DNA from: an uncultured Bacteroidales bacterium
Lineage (GTDB): Bacteria > Bacteroidota > Bacteroidia > Bacteroidales > GCA-2748055
Length of the DNA stretch: 64,000 bases
Direction of reading: 5' to 3'
NCBI GenBank assembly: GCA_963764345.1
Contig: CAVXSF010000009.1
Coordinates: 451,116 to 515,115, forward strand
Every line of letters starts with the position of its first letter. Positions within the stretch are counted from its first letter, which is position 1. This document shows, piece by piece, positions 60,276 through 64,000 of this stretch. The position numbers and the translations under genes are program-made. Below the pieces are notes generated by a model, which did no database searches, had not been told where the DNA came from, and saw only the letters and a list, made by a program, of their open reading frames with translations.

Positions 60276-61004
60276 TCAGTAATTTCTCAGTTCAAAGTTT
60301 TTTCCCAGGTACAGTTTCCTGACCTGTTCATCCTCTGCAAGTTCAAAGGCGGTGCCTGCCTTAAGGATTTCACCTTCAAAAAGGAGGTAAGCACGGTCGG
60401 TGATAGACAAAGTCTCATGAACATTATGATCGGTAATGAGAATACCAATATTTTTTTGTTTCAGTTTCGATACGATATTCTGAATATCTTCAACCGCAAT
60501 AGGGTCTACGCCTGCAAAAGGTTCATCAAGAAGGATGAAATTAGGATTGAGAGCCAGTGCCCTGGCGATCTCGGTTCGTCTTCTTTCACCCCCCGAAAGC
60601 TGGATACCAAGGCTCCTTCTTATTTTCTGGAGGCCAAATTCCTGAAGCAGGTTTTCAAGTCGTTCCTGTTGGTCTTCCCTGGGCATTTCCGACATTTCAA
60701 GAACCGCCCTAATATTGTCTTCGACAGTCAGTTTACGGAAAACTGAAGCTTCCTGGGCGAGATAACCGATTCCTCTTCTGGCCCTTTTATAGACAGGTTC
60801 GCGGGTGATATCAAGATCGTCAAGATAAATCTTTCCCTCATTCGGTGATATCAGGCCAACAATCATATAAAACGAAGTGGTTTTACCTGCACCGTTTGGC
60901 CCCAGCAAGCCAACGATCTCACCTCTTTCCACCTCGATAGAAACATTCTTCACCACGGTGCGGGAGCGGTATTTTTTGACCAGGTTTTCGGTGTACAGCT
61001 TCAT
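60276..61004 (-). CDS. lptB: LPS export ABC transporter ATP-binding protein
   Basis: 242 aa. It has Walker [10 protein letters not shown], the signature LSGGERRR, Walker [10 protein letters not shown] and a typical LptB C-terminal extension. Confidence 0.9.
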   Translation of the reverse strand: MKLYTENLVKKYRSRTVVKNVSIEVERGEIVGLLGPNGAGKTTSFYMIVGLISPNEGKIYLDDLDITREPVYKRARRGIGYLAQEASVFRKLTVEDNIRAVLEMSEMPREDQQERLENLLQEFGLQKIRRSLGIQLSGGERRRTEIARALALNPNFILLDEPFAGVDPIAVEDIQNIVSKLKQKNIGILITDHNVHETLSITDRAYLLFEGEILKAGTAFELAEDEQVRKLYLGKNFELRNY

Positions 61005-61024
61005 ATTGAAGATAACGGATCTTG

Positions 61025-61864
61025 TTAGCTATTATTTCCCTGTCTTTCCCTTTCCTTATCTTCTTTTTGCTGATTTCTCACGATCCGTCGCGAAATAAAT
61101 ATGCTGACCTCATAAAGGGCAATAAGAGGTATGGCCACGAGGATCTGGCTGAAAACATCGGGAGGGGTAATGATGGCGGCCAAAACAAAGATGACCACCA
61201 GGGAATGACGCCGGTATTTCTTCAAAAATTCCGGTGTGACAAGGCCAATTTTAGTCAGAAAATAAACCATGATCGGCAGTTCAAAGATCACCCCGCTGGC
61301 AAGAACTACTGAAGTTATGGTAGACACATAGGATATGAGGTTTATCTGGTTGGTCACCTGCGAGCTGACACTGTAACTACCCAGAAATTGAACTGTCAGT
61401 GGTGTAATGAGAAAATAGCCGAACAGAACCCCCACTAAAAACAGGATGGAACTGTAAATAACGGCACCGCCTGCATACCTTCTCTCCTTGTTGTGTAATG
61501 CCGGAACCATAAACTTCCAGAACTCATAGAAGACATAAGGAAATGCCAGGATCAACCCGGCAATAAGCGAAACCATGATATGCATCGAAAACTGACCGGC
61601 CATTTTTATGGAAATGATCTCCAACGGAAGAGTGTTGATGCACAACTTGAGCACGCCAATACGTTTACCGAGGTCACAGAGCATCACATTGGTCAGAAAA
61701 TCAGGAGATTTAGGGGCCAGGATAATTTTGTCGAAAATGATATTCTTGAAAATAAACGCAACGACCGCACCCACAAAAATAGCAAGAAAAGACCTGACAA
61801 GGTGCCATCTCAACTCCTCAAGATGCTCAAGGAACGTCATTTCATCCTGACTCTTTTTAGCCAT
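61025..61864 (-). CDS. tatC: twin-arginine translocase subunit TatC
   Basis: [11 protein letters not shown], six TM helices and PPD..SQ near the C-terminus. Confidence 0.9.
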   Translation of the reverse strand: MAKKSQDEMTFLEHLEELRWHLVRSFLAIFVGAVVAFIFKNIIFDKIILAPKSPDFLTNVMLCDLGKRIGVLKLCINTLPLEIISIKMAGQFSMHIMVSLIAGLILAFPYVFYEFWKFMVPALHNKERRYAGGAVIYSSILFLVGVLFGYFLITPLTVQFLGSYSVSSQVTNQINLISYVSTITSVVLASGVIFELPIMVYFLTKIGLVTPEFLKKYRRHSLVVIFVLAAIITPPDVFSQILVAIPLIALYEVSIFISRRIVRNQQKEDKERERQGNNS

Positions 61865-62150
61865 GTTATATATTTTACCCGAAATTTTACGTTTATCGAA
61901 TCAATAAGACCGCAAAATAAACAAATTTTTGTGTCATTTAACACCCAATTTAACATTGATGATTTTTTAATTGAAAAATATTGGTTAAATTTATTTTTTC
62001 TGACGAAAACAAAGTACGAACCACTACGACTGACGATTTACCGGGTTTAAAAATTGCAATAAACAAGACATTTGTCATAGTAAATGTTGGATAATCGGTT
62101 TGTTTTTAGCAATTTTTTACATGTATTTTATTGAAAAACAGGAGATTAAA

Positions 62151-64000
62151 ATGACGGAAAGTAGTAATAACAGATCTAAGGAATATCTCAAGAAGTACTT
62201 TGGTTTTGACAGTTTTAAAGGAAATCAGGAACCAATCATAAATAATGTATTGGGAGGAAAAGACACTTTTGTTTTGATGCCCACAGGTGGTGGAAAGTCT
62301 CTTTGTTACCAGTTACCCGCCGTGATCATGGAAGGAACGGCAATCATCATCTCACCGCTCATCGCCCTAATGAAGAACCAGGTGGATTCGATGCGCAGTT
62401 TCAGTACGGAAGACGGCGTGGCTCATTTTTTAAACTCATCGCTTTCTAAATCCCTGATCAACAAAGTAAGGGAGGATGTACTTGCCGGTAAAACCAAGCT
62501 TTTATATGTGGCTCCTGAATCTCTTACGAAAGAGGAGAATATTGATTTTCTGAAAAAAGTGAAGATTTCCTTCTATGCTGTCGATGAAGCCCACTGTATC
62601 TCTGAATGGGGACACGATTTCAGGCCTGAATACCGGCGTATACGGCCTATCATTAATAAAATAGGCACAGCACCCATCATTGCCCTGACGGCTACTGCCA
62701 CTCCCAAGGTACAACACGACATTCAGAAAAACCTTGAGATGCTTGATGCGGAGGTGTTTAAGGACTCGTTCCGCAGGATAAACCTGTACTATGAAGTCAG
62801 GCCCAAAGTCAATGCCGCCAAGCAGATCATCAAGTATATACTGAATAACAAAGGTAAATCAGGTATCATCTATTGCCTCAGCCGGAAAAAAGTGGAAGAG
62901 CTGTCTCAGACGCTTGTCGTGAACGGAATTAAAGCTCTGCCCTATCATGCCGGAATGGATGCCACCACAAGGGCAGGCAACCAGGATAAGTTCCTGATGG
63001 AAGAAGCAGATGTTATTGTTGCCACCATTGCATTTGGCATGGGCATCGATAAACCTGATGTACGTTTTGTCATTCATTATGATATTCCAAAATCGCTGGA
63101 AGGATATTATCAGGAAACAGGCCGTGCCGGGCGTGACGGAGGCGAAGGTAAATGTATCGCATTTTACCGGTACAAGGATATCCAGAAACTCGAGAAATTC
63201 ATGCAGGGTAAACCTATTGCTGAACAGGAGATCGGAAAACAACTGCTTCTTGAAACGGTATCCTACGCTGAATCATCGGTCTGCCGGCCAAAAGTGCTGC
63301 TGAATTATTTCGGGGAAATCATGGAGGGGACCTGTGGCAATTGTGATAACTGCCTGAATCCTAAAGAAGAGTTCGAAGGAAAGGACTATATTGTCACAGC
63401 ACTGAATGCCATTTTGGAAGTAAAAGAAAAGTTTAAAGCTGATCATATAGCTGCCATCCTTGCCGGGAAAGCTAATTCGGCCATAAAAGCATACAGCCAC
63501 CACAAGCTTGAAATCTTCGGCAGCGGTAAAGACAAAGATGTTAAGTTCTGGAACGGGGTTCTCCGGCAGGCCCTGATCGGGCACTTCATTACCAAGGATA
63601 TAGAAAATTACGGTTTACTTAAAATCACCGATGCCGGGAATGAATTTCTCAGCCATCCTGTTTCCTATATGCTGACCCAGGATCATGACTTTGAGAATAC
63701 AGGACCTGAGGATGAAGGTGGTTCAGGCGGAGGTGCCGGCAGCGGAACCATGGATGCCGAACTATTCAATATTCTGAAAGAACTCAGGAAAAAAACAGCG
63801 AAGCGACTGAACCTGCCGCCCTTTGTTATTTTTCAGGACCCTTCCCTGGAGGATATGTCCATCCATTATCCCATAACATTTGAAGAACTCCAGAACATTA
63901 CCGGCGTGGGCGCAGGAAAAGCCAAACGGTACGGGAAAGAATTCCTCGAACTTATTAAGGTATATGTTGAGGAAAAAGAAATCGTCAGACCTCAGGATAT
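62151..64000 (+). CDS. recQ: ATP-dependent DNA helicase RecQ, 3' end cut by window edge
   Basis: Not in the ORF track because no stop is reached. I translated it by hand from the ATG at 62151: LKKYFGFDSFKGNQ, MPTGGGKSLCYQLPA, DEAHCISEWGHDFRPEY, YYQETGRAGRDG and the zinc finger C....LL.YFGE...CGNCDNC. The frame was checked at five points and is open to 64000. Confidence 0.92.
   Translation, partial: MTESSNNRSKEYLKKYFGFDSFKGNQEPIINNVLGGKDTFVLMPTGGGKSLCYQLPAVIMEGTAIIISPLIALMKNQVDSMRSFSTEDGVAHFLNSSLSKSLINKVREDVLAGKTKLLYVAPESLTKEENIDFLKKVKISFYAVDEAHCISEWGHDFRPEYRRIRPIINKIGTAPIIALTATATPKVQHDIQKNLEMLDAEVFKDSFRRINLYYEVRPKVNAAKQIIKYILNNKGKSGIIYCLSRKKVEELSQTLVVNGIKALPYHAGMDATTRAGNQDKFLMEEADVIVATIAFGMGIDKPDVRFVIHYDIPKSLEGYYQETGRAGRDGGEGKCIAFYRYKDIQKLEKFMQGKPIAEQEIGKQLLLETVSYAESSVCRPKVLLNYFGEIMEGTCGNCDNCLNPKEEFEGKDYIVTALNAILEVKEKFKADHIAAILAGKANSAIKAYSHHKLEIFGSGKDKDVKFWNGVLRQALIGHFITKDIENYGLLKITDAGNEFLSHPVSYMLTQDHDFENTGPEDEGGSGGGAGSGTMDAELFNILKELRKKTAKRLNLPPFVIFQDPSLEDMSIHYPITFEELQNITGVGAGKAKRYGKEFLELIKVYVEEKEIVRPQD

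Noticed and set aside
1-64000. CRISPR arrays, IS elements, rRNA operons, and known defence systems (RM, CBASS, retron, TA pairs)
   Set aside because: I saw no regularly spaced direct repeats, transposase/integrase/RT/nuclease-ATPase gene combinations, or rRNA-like sequence while reading both strands. This is a by-eye scan only.

Overview
This is a chromosomal segment from a Bacteroidota-type genome. The evidence is a purH-mreBCD-mrdA-rodA operon, a PorQ-like T9SS gene, several TonB-dependent/Carboxypeptidase-regulatory-domain outer-membrane proteins, many lipobox lipoproteins and TAnnTTTG -7 boxes. All homology calls come from motif recognition by eye; no searches were run.

Most of the window is housekeeping. 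It holds pgi (5' partial), an ACP phosphodiesterase, the cell-shape operon, ksgA-mgtE, a thioesterase plus PatB-type lyase, hsp20, two hybrid histidine kinases, a GH26 mannanase and an Rrf2 plus RIC nitrosative-stress pair. It also holds tRNA-Pro(CGG), rfaE, priA, pfkA, ispH, cmk, tig-clpP-clpX, tRNA-Leu(TAG), lptB, tatC and recQ. recQ is 3' partial and absent from the ORF track because it runs off the window.

The accessory part lies at about 29.6-44.7 kb:
- a dihaem cytochrome c;
- an operon of a Cys-motif membrane protein, a double YtkA-like Met/His lipoprotein and a TonB-dependent receptor, possibly for metal uptake;
- a 959-aa plug/beta-barrel protein with an RGG tract, flanked by gene remnants;
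- a beta-barrel protein with an N-terminal CDICGC motif;
- OsmC;
- a tandem triplet of paralogous lipoproteins behind a long AT-rich leader.

Four housekeeping genes (mreC, mgtE, ispH, tig) are interrupted, each by a net +1 base at a short homopolymer. I saw no CRISPR array, transposase, integrase, rRNA or recognisable defence system. The candidates for something undescribed are the lipoprotein triplet, the metal-like outer-membrane operon and a 645-aa P-loop protein of unknown function. None can be assigned a function from sequence alone.
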